Notes: generated from the letters alone by a model not told the origin. DNA of 64,000 nucleotides from an uncultured delta proteobacterium (GCA_963755715.1 CAVWLW010000003.1:73351-137350), one strand, 5' to 3'. Numbered from the stretch's first letter, positions 43,279 through 54,727 are shown. A program made the numbers and translations.

Positions 43279-43767
43279 ATGTATCCGACAACTGAAAAAG
43301 AAGCCGTCGATGCTCTGAAAGGCGACGATCCAGAGCTCGCAGCCACGGCAGAAGCGATTCTCTGGAGCGCCTGGTGCCGCTCAGGCGATCCGGAAACCGA
43401 CCGAATCTTTCGCGCCGGCGTCGAGGCGATGCAGCAGCAAAAATTAGCCGACGCAGAAGAGCTGTTCAGCCGCGTCATCGAGCTCAAGCCCGACTTTGCC
43501 GAAGGCTGGAACAAGCGGGCGACCGTACGCTTCGTGCGGCGCAATTTTGCCGGTTCCGTTGCCGATTGCCAGCAGACGCTGGCGCGCAATCCGAATCATT
43601 TTGGCGCCGCATCCGGCCAAGGGCTCTGCCACATGTCGCTGAACGAATTCCGCGAGGCGGCGATCAGCTTTCGCCGCGCATTGGAAATCCATCCGCATTT
43701 AGACGCGGTCCGGCACAATCTCGCACTGGCGGAAGCCGAAGGTGGCGGCAGCGGCTATCTGAATTAG
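43279..43767 (+). CDS. Tetratricopeptide-repeat protein
   Basis: PDFAEGWNKRAT, NPNHFGA, ALEIHP. Confidence 0.88.
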   Translation: MYPTTEKEAVDALKGDDPELAATAEAILWSAWCRSGDPETDRIFRAGVEAMQQQKLADAEELFSRVIELKPDFAEGWNKRATVRFVRRNFAGSVADCQQTLARNPNHFGAASGQGLCHMSLNEFREAAISFRRALEIHPHLDAVRHNLALAEAEGGGSGYLN

Positions 43768-43885
43768 CTCCCGGTTTCGGCGTGGCAACCTGATCGAGTG
43801 ATTAGCCTGTCATCGAACGCACCATCGGATTTCGTCGGCGGGATGCCCGTGTGTTATTGTTACTCCGGCGAAGATATCTCTTTCT

Positions 43886-44335
43886 ATGATGTCAAAGAAA
43901 TGCAAATACGCGCTCAAGGCGCTGATCCGCTTGGGCAAGGAATATGGCAGCGGGAATCTGTTGTTGACGGATGATATTGCCAGATCGGAGCACATTCCGA
44001 AGAAATTTCTCGAACAGATTCTGCTCAATTTAAAACACGCGGGCTATGTGCGGAGTAAGCAAGGTTCTAAGGGTGGCTATCGGCTAGTCCAGGATCCGAA
44101 TCACATTACTTTAGCGGAGATCTATCGCTTGTTCGACGGCGCGATCGCGCTCGTGCCCTGTGTTTCGCAAAAATTTTATGAAGCTTGCGATGACTGTCCG
44201 GACGAGACGATCTGTCGGCTGAAGCCGGTCTTCATCGATGTGCGCGAGAAGACGTACGCGTTATTTTCGGAAACTACGATTCAATCTTTTCTCGACCGTC
44301 ACGGCAGCGGCCAGCCACCTAAAAAGAGTCGGTAG
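43886..44335 (+). CDS. Rrf2-family transcriptional regulator
   Basis: KYALKAL, IPKKFLEQIL, SKQGSKGGY, Cys cluster CVS...CDDC...C. Confidence 0.93.
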   Translation: MMSKKCKYALKALIRLGKEYGSGNLLLTDDIARSEHIPKKFLEQILLNLKHAGYVRSKQGSKGGYRLVQDPNHITLAEIYRLFDGAIALVPCVSQKFYEACDDCPDETICRLKPVFIDVREKTYALFSETTIQSFLDRHGSGQPPKKSR

Positions 44336-44360
44336 CCCCTTAAAAAATTTTTTCCGGTGA

Positions 44361-44405
44361 TTCTTGACAAAGCTGATAGATTTACTTATCTACTAATTCA
44401 GTAGA
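44361..44405 (+). promoter_or_regulatory. Promoter-like box with perfect TTGACA and palindrome TCTACT-N5-AGTAGA (candidate Rrf2 operator)
   Basis: TTGACA at 44364-44369; palindrome at 44389-44405 in AT-rich DNA upstream of the sulfate operon. Confidence 0.55.
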
Positions 44406-44438
44406 ATTTATCGATGTTCTATTTTTCCAAAGGAATTT

Positions 44439-44828
44439 ATGGTGGAAGCCATGATCCGTTCAGAGCCGATTAGACGAAAGATGCGCCAGTTTCTTCACGG
44501 TTCGTCGAGCCAACGGAAATCGGCGCACTTGAATAGCGTAAAAACCGATGGAGCAGTTGTGCGCTTGATTGCCACGCCGCGCCGTGAACCGATGACTCCC
44601 ATCGAGCAGCGGTTGATCGCCATGCTTAAGAACGCCGGCCCGATTCCTTTTGCCACGCTCGTTAAGACCGCCGCCAAGGATCTTTATCTAGAAGAATTGC
44701 GCCAAGGGGCCGGAGTCTTGGATATCGGACTGTTCGGTGAAGGCTTATTCAATCGGGACCTCGTTCGAGAGCTTCTGTCGGGGGATGGCGTCTTGTGGGA
44801 AATAAAACAAGAACGAGAAAGTCTATGA
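44439..44828 (+). CDS. Hypothetical protein
   Basis: AAGGA RBS before ATG; no family recognised. Confidence 0.55.
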   Translation: MVEAMIRSEPIRRKMRQFLHGSSSQRKSAHLNSVKTDGAVVRLIATPRREPMTPIEQRLIAMLKNAGPIPFATLVKTAAKDLYLEELRQGAGVLDIGLFGEGLFNRDLVRELLSGDGVLWEIKQERESL

Positions 44829-44905
44829 CAAGAATCCATTCGCTCGATCGTCACAAGCTCGCTTCCTACGCCAAGCGTTATCATTCCGAGCGCTGTCGTC
44901 CTTAA
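44825..44905 (+). CDS. Putative 26-aa leader peptide
   Basis: ATGA overlap with the upstream stop; MTRIHSLDRHKLASYAKRYHSERCRP*. Confidence 0.3.
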   Translation: MTRIHSLDRHKLASYAKRYHSERCRP

Positions 44906-45020
44906 GCCTCTTGCAGTCGGCGGCTAAAGAATCGTCGTTTTTTCTCGGTCATATTCTTGATCGATTGAATTGATTTACTCATCAACCAATCGAATGCGAA
45001 TCATCGCAAGGAGTTAAAAA

Positions 45021-46022
45021 ATGTATTGGCGCTATCTAACTTTGATTTTAGCTTTGTTGAGTCTTTTGCGGGTGAGCGAGGCGCACGCGCAGAGAACGTT
45101 GCTCAACGTTTCCTATGATCCGACACGCGAGCTCTACCAGAATTTCAACGCAGCGTTTGCAAAATACTGGAAGACCAAGTCCGGAGAGTCGGTTTCAATC
45201 AAGCAATCGCACGGCGGTTCGGGCGCCCAGGCGCGTGCGGTCATCGACGGTCTCGAGGCCGACGTCGTGACCTTGGCGCTTGCGCCTGACACCGATGCGA
45301 TAGCGGCAAAAGGGCTGGTTCATGCCGACTGGCAGAAACGTCTGCCGCAAAACAGTTCGCCTTACACTTCCACGATTGTGTTTCTCGTTCGCAAAGGAAA
45401 CCCAAAGGGCATTCGCAATTGGGATGACCTCATCAAGCCGGGAATTTCGGTGATTACACCGAATCCAAAAACTTCCGGCGGCGCAAGATGGAATTATCTT
45501 GGCGCGTGGGGATACGTTCTCGGCAAGACGGGCAAGAGTGAAGCCAAGGCGAAGGAATTCGTCGCCGCGTTATACAAGAATGTTCCCGTGCTCGACTCCG
45601 GCGCACGCGGTTCGACCACCACCTTTGTCGAACGCAACATAGGTGACGTGCTGATCGCGTGGGAGAACGAAGCGTTTCTCGCGCTCAAAGAGTTCGGTGC
45701 CGACAAATTTGAGATCGCCGTTCCGTCGGTCAGCATTCTTGCCGAGCCGCCGGTCACGGTGGTCGACAAAGTAGTCGACAAGCGCGGCACTCGCGCGCTC
45801 GCGCAGGCTTATTTGGAATATCTCTACACGCCGGAAGGCCAGGAGATTGCGGCCAAGAATTTTTATCGGCCACGTTTGTCGGAGATCGCAAAGAAGTACG
45901 GCAAAAACTTTGCTCAGGTAAAACTCTTCACCGTCGACGAAGTCTTCGGCGGCTGGGGCAAGATCCAGAAGGCGCACTTCGATGACGGCGGCGTCTTCGA
46001 TCAGATTTATCAATTGAAATAG
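45021..46022 (+). CDS. sbp: Sulfate ABC transporter substrate-binding protein
   Basis: [40 protein letters not shown]. Confidence 0.96.
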   Translation: MYWRYLTLILALLSLLRVSEAHAQRTLLNVSYDPTRELYQNFNAAFAKYWKTKSGESVSIKQSHGGSGAQARAVIDGLEADVVTLALAPDTDAIAAKGLVHADWQKRLPQNSSPYTSTIVFLVRKGNPKGIRNWDDLIKPGISVITPNPKTSGGARWNYLGAWGYVLGKTGKSEAKAKEFVAALYKNVPVLDSGARGSTTTFVERNIGDVLIAWENEAFLALKEFGADKFEIAVPSVSILAEPPVTVVDKVVDKRGTRALAQAYLEYLYTPEGQEIAAKNFYRPRLSEIAKKYGKNFAQVKLFTVDEVFGGWGKIQKAHFDDGGVFDQIYQLK

Positions 46023-46035
46023 TGAGAGCAGAATC

Positions 46036-46868
46036 ATGAAGCGCGCTTTCCGCTCGCACAGTATTCTTCCAGGGTTTGGCCTCACGATGGGCTTTACGGT
46101 TTTCTATCTGAGCTTGATCGTGTTGATCCCGCTCGGCGCGACTTTCTTGAAGACTTTTAGCGCGGGCTGGGGCCATTTCTGGGAAACGGTCAGCGGGCGC
46201 GCGCGCTTTGGCGTCTTATCGTTTGAGCATCGGCGCTTCGTTGGTCGCGGCGGCTATCAATAGCGTGCTCGGTTTGCTCGCCGCCTGGGTGCTGGTGCGC
46301 TATGAGTTTCCCGGCAAGCGGATCGTCGATGCGCTGGTGGATTTGCCCTTCGCTCTGCCGACGGCCGTGGCCGGCATTACGCTTACCGCCATGTTCGCGG
46401 GCAACGGTTGGGTCGGGAGCTTGGCTCGAGCCTCTGGGTATCAAAGTCGCTTTCACTTGGCTCGGCGTCGTCGTAGCGTTGACTTTCATCGGCTTGCCGT
46501 TCGTGGTGCGCACGGTGCAACCGGTGCTGCAGGAACTGGATCCGGAATTCGAAGAAGCGGCGGCGACTTTGGGTGCGGGCCGCTGGCAGTCTTTGAAAAG
46601 AGTTGTGTTCCCGGAATTGCTTCCGGCGTTATCAACCGGCTTTGCGCTGGCATTTGCCCGCGCGGTCGGCGAATACGGTTCGGTGATTTTCATCTCGGGC
46701 AACATGCCGATGAGAACCGAGATCACGCCGCTGCTGATCGTGACCAAGCTGTCGCAATACGATTACGCCGGCGCTACGGCGCTGGCGGTAGCGACCTTGA
46801 TGATGTCGTTTGTTTTATTGTTCCTGATCAATTTGCTCCAATGGTGGAGCCGCGCGAGATACGCATAA
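46036..46868 (+). CDS. cysT: Sulfate ABC permease CysT (two frameshifts)
   Basis: [39 protein letters not shown]. Confidence 0.92.
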
Positions 46869-46873
46869 ACTGT

Positions 46874-47776
46874 ATGGCAACTGACATTGCAAATAGCCAA
46901 ACTGTGCAGGGTCAACCCATTGCCATTGGCGAGCCGCGCTGGGTTCGTGTCGCTTTGATTAGCGTGACGCTGCTGTTCTTGGGGATTTTTCTGTTTTTGC
47001 CGCTGATCGTCGTATTCACCGAAGCTTTCAAAAAAGGCGTCGAGGTCTATTTTCAGTCGATCCGCGAGCCGGATGCCGTGAGCGCCATCCAACTGACTTT
47101 GATCGCGGCAGGGATTGCGGTACCGCTTAACTTAATTTTCGGTGTCGCTGCCGCCTGGGCCATCGCCAAGTTTCAATTTCCCGGCAAGAGCTTTCTCATT
47201 ACCTTGATCGATCTGCCCTTTTCCGTTTCGCCGGTGATCTCCGGGCTGGTCTATGTTTTGTTGTTCGGCCTGCAAGGCTGGCTCGGTCCGTGGCTCGCCG
47301 AGCATGACATCAAGATTATTTTTGCCGTGCCGGGCATCGTGCTCGCTACTATTTTCGTCACGTTTCCTTTCGTTGCGCGCGAGCTGATTCCCTTAATGCA
47401 GTCCCAGGGCAGCGAAGAGGAAGAAGCGGCGCGCGTCCTCGGCGCCGGCGGCTGGCAGACTTTCTGGCGCGTGACGCTGCCGAATATCAAGTGGGGACTT
47501 TTGTACGGCGTTATTCTATGCAACGCGCGGGCGATGGGCGAGTTCGGCGCGGTGTCCGTAGTTTCCGGCCATATCCGCGGTATGACCAATACGCTGCCGC
47601 TGCACGCCGAGATTCTCTACAACGAGTATAACTCCGCGGCGGCATTTGCAGTGGCGTCGTTGCTGACGATCCTGACGCTCGTGACGATCGCGCTCAAGGC
47701 CGCCATCGATTGGAAGTCGCAAGGTGAAGCGCGCGAGGTTCGCGCGATTCGCGAGCAAGCGTTGGCCGAGGCTTAA
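46874..47776 (+). CDS. cysW: Sulfate ABC permease CysW
   Basis: [38 protein letters not shown]. Confidence 0.94.
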   Translation: MATDIANSQTVQGQPIAIGEPRWVRVALISVTLLFLGIFLFLPLIVVFTEAFKKGVEVYFQSIREPDAVSAIQLTLIAAGIAVPLNLIFGVAAAWAIAKFQFPGKSFLITLIDLPFSVSPVISGLVYVLLFGLQGWLGPWLAEHDIKIIFAVPGIVLATIFVTFPFVARELIPLMQSQGSEEEEAARVLGAGGWQTFWRVTLPNIKWGLLYGVILCNARAMGEFGAVSVVSGHIRGMTNTLPLHAEILYNEYNSAAAFAVASLLTILTLVTIALKAAIDWKSQGEAREVRAIREQALAEA

Positions 47777-47777
47777 G

Positions 47778-48906
47778 ATGAGTATTGAAATCCGCAACAT
47801 CAGCAAAACTTTTGGCGATTTCGCGGCGCTCAAGGACGTGAGCTTCAAAGTCGAAACCGGTGAGCTGGTCGCGTTGCTCGGGCCGTCCGGCTCGGGCAAG
47901 ACGTCGCTCTTGCGCATCATTGCGGGAATTGAAATCCCGGATGAGAACCGCGGCGCGATCCTGATTCACAACGAGGATACCACGGCGATCAGCTTCCGCG
48001 ACCGCAGGGTCGGTTTCGTGTTTCAGCATTATGCCTTGTTCCGCCACATGACGATTTTCGAGAACGTCGCCTTCGGTTTGCGCGTGCGTCCGCGCCGCCT
48101 ACGGCCGTCAGAGAGAGTCATCAAAGAAAGAGTCAACGAGCTTTTGAAGCTCGTACAGTTGGATTGGCTCGGCGACCGCTTGCCGTCCCAACTTTCCGGC
48201 GGGCAGCGCCAGCGCATCGCGCTGGCGCGCGCTCTCGCGGTGGAGCCCAATGTGCTGCTTTTGGACGAGCCCTTCGGTTCCCTCGACGCCAAAGTGCGCA
48301 AAGAGCTGCGCCAATGGCTGCGGCGTTTTCACGATGAGCTTAAGATCACCAGCGTCTTCGTCACGCATGATCAGGAAGAAGCTTTGGAAGTGGCGGACCG
48401 GGTGGTTTTGATGAATGAAGGCCGGGTCGAGCAAGTGGGCACACCGGAGGAAGTCTATCATCATCCGGCCAATGCGTTCGTTTACAATTTTCTCGGTAAC
48501 GTCAATTTGTTTCACAGCCGAGTGGAAGAGGGAAAAGTTTATCTCGGCGAGCTGCCCATCGAGTTGCCGGCGGAAAGCGCGCCGGACGCCAAGTCCGCTC
48601 TGGTTTTTGTCCGCCCGCACTTATTGGAGATCGAGCATCAACGCGAATGGCGGTGATAATTTCCATGCGAAGGTGACTCATATCAACGCCGCGGGTCCGC
48701 TGGTCAAAGTCGATCTGATGACCGATTGGGGTGCTCCCGTTCACGTCGAGCTCTCGCATGGGCGATATTCTTCGCTTGGTTTGAAGAGGGAAGATGAGGT
48801 GTACGTGCGGCCGAAGGAGAGAAGGGTCTTCGTCAAAGCAGAAACGGGCGATGAATCAAGGAAGTCAATCGACGAGCAGCGGTCGCGCATAGTTTCGGTT
48901 GCTTGA
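47778..48906 (+). CDS. cysA: Sulfate ABC ATPase CysA (frameshift near 48645)
   Basis: [33 protein letters not shown]-terminal TOBE-like domain. Confidence 0.94.
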
Positions 48907-49150
48907 CATGGCATTGCCGGCCCATCGCTAACGGACAGGTTGCCTACCTTTTATCGATCGGCTCGATTTCAGTTGCCAGTCCCAATAATCCGTAACCAAA
49001 GAATGAGCGGATCGTTGCGTTCTCGTGCCGACCCGTCGCTGGTTTGTTCCTCTGTTGTCGCTTCTACTCGGCGTCTGCACTACGGTCTTCGAGCTTGATT
49101 GTTTTCAAAGCGAGGTCTAAAGCCTATAAAACAGCAAGCAGCGTGGGACG

Positions 49151-50134
49151 ATGAAGAAAGTCGTATTTTTGGCCGGAGTATTTCTTTGGTTTACATCGCA
49201 TCAGCACGCTTGGAGTCAGACGCGGACCAAACTCAACGTGGTGTATCCCGCCGTCACCGGCGTGATGACGGCGTTATGGGTCGCGGCGGAATCCAAAGCA
49301 TTCCAAAAATACGGACTCGATGTCAGTCTGCTTTACATCCCATCGGCTCCCCAGGTCGTTCGGGTGATGTTGGCAGGAGAGTCACAGATTAGCGTTACCG
49401 GGGGCGCGGCGGTGGTCAGTGCCAATCTCGGCGGCGCGGATTTCGTTTTTATCGGCGGCATCGTCAACGTTCCGGCGTTTTACGTCATGGCGGCGCCGGA
49501 GATCAAAAGTATTGAGGATCTGAAAGGTGCGACCGTCGGCGTCACCCGTTTCGGCTCTTCTTCGGATTTTGCGATGCGCTATGTGCTGCAGAAGCACGGC
49601 TTGAGACCGGAAAAAGACGTGACTCTGCTTCAGCTCGGCGGCATGATCGAGTTGGCGACCGCGCTATCCAAGCGGCTGGTCGCGGCGGCGACGCTCTCGT
49701 CACCCGCCGACCTGCGCGCGCGCAAGAGCGGCGCACAGGAATTGGTCAACATGGCCACGACCGGAGTTTCGTTCCCCCAATCGGCGATCGTCACGACTCG
49801 ATCCTACATACAGGCGCACCAGGACGATGTTTTGAGCTTTCTCAGAGGTTACGCGGAAGGAATGCAAAGAATGATGGCGGACAAAACGATGGCAAAAAAG
49901 GTCATCGAGAAATATACCCGAGAGAGCGATCCTGAGATTCTCGAGTCGACCTACCGCTACGGCGTCGATTACATCGCGCCGATCCCATATCCTGCTAAAG
50001 AGGGGATAGCCGAGATTCTCAGACAAAGCACTCATCCCAAAGCCAAAACGGCGAACCCGGATGAGTTTGTCGATATGAGCTTGGTCAAGAAATTAGAGGA
50101 CAGCGGGTTTTTTCGTCGAGTCAATCAACGATGA
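49151..50134 (+). CDS. NMT1/THI5-like substrate-binding protein
   Basis: Signal peptide, FQKYGLDV, DLKGATVGVTRFGSSSD. Confidence 0.88.
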   Translation: MKKVVFLAGVFLWFTSHQHAWSQTRTKLNVVYPAVTGVMTALWVAAESKAFQKYGLDVSLLYIPSAPQVVRVMLAGESQISVTGGAAVVSANLGGADFVFIGGIVNVPAFYVMAAPEIKSIEDLKGATVGVTRFGSSSDFAMRYVLQKHGLRPEKDVTLLQLGGMIELATALSKRLVAAATLSSPADLRARKSGAQELVNMATTGVSFPQSAIVTTRSYIQAHQDDVLSFLRGYAEGMQRMMADKTMAKKVIEKYTRESDPEILESTYRYGVDYIAPIPYPAKEGIAEILRQSTHPKAKTANPDEFVDMSLVKKLEDSGFFRRVNQR

Positions 50135-50164
50135 CGATTGCGCCGTCATAAGAAAGGGGAAGAC

Positions 50165-51304
50165 ATGATTCGTGGCTATCCAGTCTTCGATGCCGACGCT
50201 CACGCCATGTTGTGTCCAAAGATGTGGGAGGAGCTTCCCGCGACTTACGCTGCGCGCCGGCCGCGTCCGGTGCGCATCGATGATTCTGCGGATCTCGGCC
50301 GCTGGACCAACGCTTGGTTGATCGAAGGGCGACTGCTGCCCGCGCCGTTCGGTCCGGGAGCGCAACCGGGCAATGAGCCGAAACGAGTTCTTAAAGAATT
50401 TGGCGCGCCGGCGGACTCGGCGCATTTTTCCATCGGCAGCATTACCTTGGCGGATCCGCAAGCGCGCATTCGCGATCTCGATGAAGCCGGCGTCGACGCC
50501 CAAATGCTTTTCCCGACCACGCTCTACGCGCGCATGACTGCCGAGCCCGGTTTCGAGGCTGCGCTGTTCCGCTGCTACAATCGCTACATGGCGGATCAAT
50601 GCGCGTTTAATCCAAGGCGGTTGAAATGGGGCGGGTTGTTGCCCATGCGCGATCCGCGCGAAGCATTCGAAGCGATCGACGAGATGCAGAAGCTCGGCGC
50701 CAGCGCCGCGGTGGTTTTTGGAACGGTAGGGGAGCGCCTTTTGTCGCATTCGACGTTTCTGCCGATTTGGGAGAAATTTGCGTCTACCGGCCTGCCGCTC
50801 TGCGTTCACATGGGCATGAGCTACACGCCTTTCGAACAGGTCTGTCAGAACCTTTTTGAAACCCACGGCATCGGCATGAGCCTGCCGGCGCAACTGGCTT
50901 TTGTCGCGCTGGTCGGCGACGGCATCCTCGACCGCTTTCCATCGCTGAAGGTTGCCTTTCTGGAATTCGGCGCCGAATGGATCTTCTACATGATCGGCCG
51001 GCTGGGACATTATCTGCCGATTGACCGGCGCGATATGCCGAACAAGGATTCGCTGCCTAAACACCGCATAGAAGATTATTTGACCTCGGGCAGACTCTTT
51101 GTCGCCGCTGAAGCCGAAGACCAACTGCTTGCGCACGAGCTCGCCGTGATCGGCGAAGACCACATTGTTTGCTCGACCGATACGCCGCACTCGGAAAAGC
51201 GCGAAAACTCAGCGACCAAGATTATCGAACGGACCGATCTGTCGGAGCCGCAGAAAAGAAAGATTCTTTATGACAACTCGGTACGGCTCTTCGGCGCGCC
51301 ATAG
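50165..51304 (+). CDS. Amidohydrolase_2 family protein
   Basis: FDADAH, QMLFPT, LCVHMG, STDTPH. Confidence 0.9.
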   Translation: MIRGYPVFDADAHAMLCPKMWEELPATYAARRPRPVRIDDSADLGRWTNAWLIEGRLLPAPFGPGAQPGNEPKRVLKEFGAPADSAHFSIGSITLADPQARIRDLDEAGVDAQMLFPTTLYARMTAEPGFEAALFRCYNRYMADQCAFNPRRLKWGGLLPMRDPREAFEAIDEMQKLGASAAVVFGTVGERLLSHSTFLPIWEKFASTGLPLCVHMGMSYTPFEQVCQNLFETHGIGMSLPAQLAFVALVGDGILDRFPSLKVAFLEFGAEWIFYMIGRLGHYLPIDRRDMPNKDSLPKHRIEDYLTSGRLFVAAEAEDQLLAHELAVIGEDHIVCSTDTPHSEKRENSATKIIERTDLSEPQKRKILYDNSVRLFGAP

Positions 51305-51393
51305 GCGCAGCGTTTACACGGCCTGCTTAACGTTGTTAACTATAAGTATAGGCATCGCGTAATTTGCCGGAAAAAGAGAAAGGAGCCTCGTTT

Positions 51394-52202
51394 ATGTCTG
51401 AAGCAGTTACCGTTGAAATCCCTTACACAATTGACAACGGTGAAGTTCTCGTCAACGAATCCTTCGGCCCAAAGAACATTCACGGACGAAGGTCGGGAAC
51501 GGTGGAGCTGAAAACGATGACGCTGCTCAACGGCCGGGCGCTTGGCGAGCGCCTTTCTCTCGACGAGCAAGGCCTTGTCTTTGTCGAACATAAGACGAAG
51601 GTCGCGGATTTTTTCGATGAGAACCAATTGAAGTCCGTTTATTACCCGGAGATCGAACAGTTGATCAAACAGGAGTCGGGCGCTGCGCGCGTGGTGATAT
51701 TCGATCATGCGCTGCGCTCGGGCGACCTGGATGAGCGGGAGGAAAAACTCATTCGCACCCCGGTTCTGCAGGCGCACAACGACTACACGGAATGGTCCGG
51801 TCCAAATCGGGTGCGCGAGATTCTGCCGGACGAAGCCGACGAATCTACTCAAGCATCGGTTCGCGATCATTCAAGTATGGCGCGCGATCAATCGGCCGAT
51901 CCAATCCAATCCGTTGGCGCTTGCCGATGCCAGAAGCGTTGATGTTTGACGATCTGATGGTGGCGGAGCGCCGCTACCCACACCGGGTGGGCCAGACTTA
52001 TCGGCTCAAGTACAATCCGCAGCACCGCTGGATTTATTTTCCCGAGATGCGCCGTGACGAAGCGGTCGTTTTCAAAGTTTACGATTCGGACAAGAATCGG
52101 GCGAGATTTACGGCGCACACCTCGTTCGCCGATCCGGCAACTCCCCCGGACGCGCCGCCGCGGCAGAGCATCGAGATGCGCGCGTTCGCGTTTTTCGCGT
52201 AG
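51394..52202 (+). CDS. CmcJ/NvfI-family oxidoreductase (frameshifted)
   Basis: VYYPE, VIFDHALR, HNDYT, QVWRAI, PLALADA, HTSF, RQSIEMR. Confidence 0.82.
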
Positions 52203-52371
52203 CAGGCTGCTGAAAAAGACCCATAGGCTTCGTTGCGCTCAATCGCCTCGCGTCAACGTACTGTGAGTACGCCTTTAGCCTGTCCTGAGCGAAGTCGAAG
52301 GATCGAATTTTCGCGCGCCTCGCCTCTGGATCTTTTTGAGAGCCTGCAGAGGTTTTTTCAGCAACCTGCTA
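52200..52371. mobile_element. Miniature inverted-repeat element (172 bp) carrying an internal 24-bp mini-repeat
   Basis: TAGCAGGCTGCTGAAAAA ... TTTTTCAGCAACCTGCTA (17/18 inverted match); no transposase ORF. Confidence 0.75.
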
Positions 52372-52402
52372 GCTAGTGATTAGATTTTCTTCGGAGGGAT
52401 TC

Positions 52403-52960
52403 ATGAGTATTCGTGTGGCAGGAATTGTCGGAAGTTTGCGAGAGGGCTCATTGAACAAAGGTCTATTGCGCGCCGCGGCCGAGTTGGCGCCTGCTGGAAT
52501 GGAAATCGAGATTTACACTCGGCTCGGCGATATTCCGCCCTACAACGATGATGTTTTCATGAAAGGCGATCCGGAGCCGGTGGCCGATCTGAAAAATTTT
52601 ATCGGCGGCGCCGATGCGCTGCTGATTTCCACGCCGGAGTACAATTACGGTGTCCCCGGCGTGCTCAAAAACGCCATCGATTGGGCGTCGCGGCCGGCGG
52701 GCAAGTCTGCGCTCAACCGCAAACCAGCGGCGCTCATGGGTTGTTCGCCTGGATTGGGCGGCACGATTCGCGCCCAACACTCATTGCGGCAGTCGTTTGT
52801 CTTTACCGAAACGCACGTGATGTCGCAGCCGGAAATCAAGATTCCTTCGGCGGCGGCGCTGTTCGATGCTTCGGCAAAACTGACCGATGAAAATACCCGA
52901 CAATATGTAAAAAAATTCCTCGAGGCTTTTGCGAAATGGATCGGCCGGTTCAAAGACTAA
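52403..52960 (+). CDS. NAD(P)H-dependent FMN reductase (ChrR/SsuE-like)
   Basis: GSLREGSLN, TPEYNYGVPGVLKNAIDWASRP. Confidence 0.93.
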   Translation: MSIRVAGIVGSLREGSLNKGLLRAAAELAPAGMEIEIYTRLGDIPPYNDDVFMKGDPEPVADLKNFIGGADALLISTPEYNYGVPGVLKNAIDWASRPAGKSALNRKPAALMGCSPGLGGTIRAQHSLRQSFVFTETHVMSQPEIKIPSAAALFDASAKLTDENTRQYVKKFLEAFAKWIGRFKD

Positions 52961-53011
52961 CCGATCGGCGAAAATTGCGTCAGTCCTACGAGCCCAAATT
53001 CCCACGCGGCA

Positions 53012-53041
53012 TTGACAGTCATAAACCTCATCAGGTAGTCT
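53012..53041 (+). promoter_or_regulatory. Sigma70-like promoter
   Basis: TTGACA-N18-TAGTCT, 64 bp upstream of the ATG at 53105. Confidence 0.5.
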
Positions 53042-53104
53042 GCGCGCGAAATTGAGACCATTGGAGTCGGTCTCAAAACATCAGCGAAAATGGGAGGCAA
53101 AAAT

Positions 53105-54551
53105 ATGTGGAAGAACTTGGCTCTTGGGCTCGCGCTGGCGACGCTTGTCGGTTTCAGAGCAGAGGCGGCTGATAGCGACCTGCAACAAATCGCCGACGCG
53201 TTGGACGTATCGACGACTAAAACATTTCAATTTACCGGTAACGGCTCGATGTATAATCTTGGTCAAAATGTCAATCCGGCCGCGCCTTGGCCGAGATTCT
53301 TCGTGAAGAGTTTCACGCGGGTCTATGATTTCACAAATGGGGCGATGCGCGATGATGTCGTGCGCATGGCGGCCGAGCCGCCGACGGTTGGGTCCCGAAC
53401 AGCAAGCCATCACAGCCGTCAGCGGCGATCACGCCTGGAACGGCACGGGCAAAGAAACGGCGCCGAGACTGTTTGAGGCTCCGCAGCGCGCTCATGAGAT
53501 CGTGATCTCACCCCACGGGCTGGTTCGCGCGGCGTTCGCTAGCAACGCGACCGTAACGAAAAAAAACATCGATGGCCGGCCGATGACCATCATATCATTC
53601 ACCTATCAGGGCAAAGACAAGGTGGTGGCTTACGCCAACGACCAAAACGCCCTCGAGCGGGTCGAGTCTTCTTATGGCCATCCGATCGTTGGAGATATGA
53701 AGGTTTTGACCTATTACGGACCCTACCGCGATTTTGCCGGCGTCAAGTTTCCGACGAAGATCATTCAATACCAAGATGGCTTAGCCACGCTGGATTTGAC
53801 GGTTACCGCCGTCAGAGCCAATCCGCCGGTTGATATCCAGGTTCCCGCCGATGTTCAAAGTGAACCAGTGCCGGTGAAATCGGAGAAGGTGGCGGACGGG
53901 GTTTGGTATATCACGGGCGTTAACAACAACAGCGCCCTGATCGAGATGAAGGACTATCTCATTGTGGTCGAGGCGCCTCACGGAGAGCGGCGTTCTCTGG
54001 CTGTCTTAGGCGAGGTAAAGAAGTTAGTGCCGAACAAGCCGATCAAGTATTTAGTTAACACGCACCATCATTTCGACCACGCTTCCGGTGTCCGTACCTA
54101 CGCGGCTGAGGGTGTCACCATCGTAACCCACGAAGTTAATCGCCCGTATTTTGAGCGGGCCGCGTTGAACTCCTGGACATTGGCGCCGGATCGCTTGGCC
54201 AAATCGAAAAAGAAACCAGTGTTTCAAACCATGGGCGACAACATGGTATTGACCGATGGCACGCGCTCGGTCGAACTCTATCAGATCGTCGGTAATCCGC
54301 ATCACGATGGCATCATCATGGCGTACTTACGCAAAGAAAAACTGCTCATCGAAGCCGATGTGTATACTCCCCTCGCGCCTGGAGCCGAGCCTCCCAAGGT
54401 TCCCAATCCACAAGCGGTCAATCTGGAGTCCAACGTCCGACGCCTCGGCCTCGAGGTCGACCGGATCGTATCGATCCACGGCCGGATCGTACCTTATAGC
54501 GAGCTGCTCGCGGCGATCGGCAAAAAGCCCGCGCCGGCAAAACAAGAGTAG
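53105..54551 (+). CDS. Exported MBL-fold metallo-hydrolase with N-terminal extension (frameshift near 53395)
   Basis: Signal peptide MWKNLALGL, NTHHHFDHASG, EAD, IHG. Confidence 0.85.
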
Positions 54552-54562
54552 TCTTATCCAAG

Positions 54563-54599
54563 CAAGACGCGAGCGCTTGGTAACGGCGCTCGCGTCTTG
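54563..54599 (+). terminator. Strong hairpin after the MBL gene
   Basis: Perfect 14-bp stem caagacgcgagcgc/gcgctcgcgtcttg; weak U-tract. Confidence 0.5.
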
Positions 54600-54727
54600 A
54601 TTCATCTCGGTTGACCGAGATTTCCAATCACTCCGTTGATCGTCTGATTTTTCATTGCGAAGCGCACGCCTCTTGCCGCTGCCTGCCCGTCCGATTAAGA
54701 TGAATCGAATTTTTCACGCGCAGCTCC

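Noticed and set aside
46208-47776. Apparent 522-aa CysT-CysW fusion ORF
   Set aside because: Artifact of frameshifts in cysT; cysW has its own ATG at 46874 after the cysT stop at 46868.
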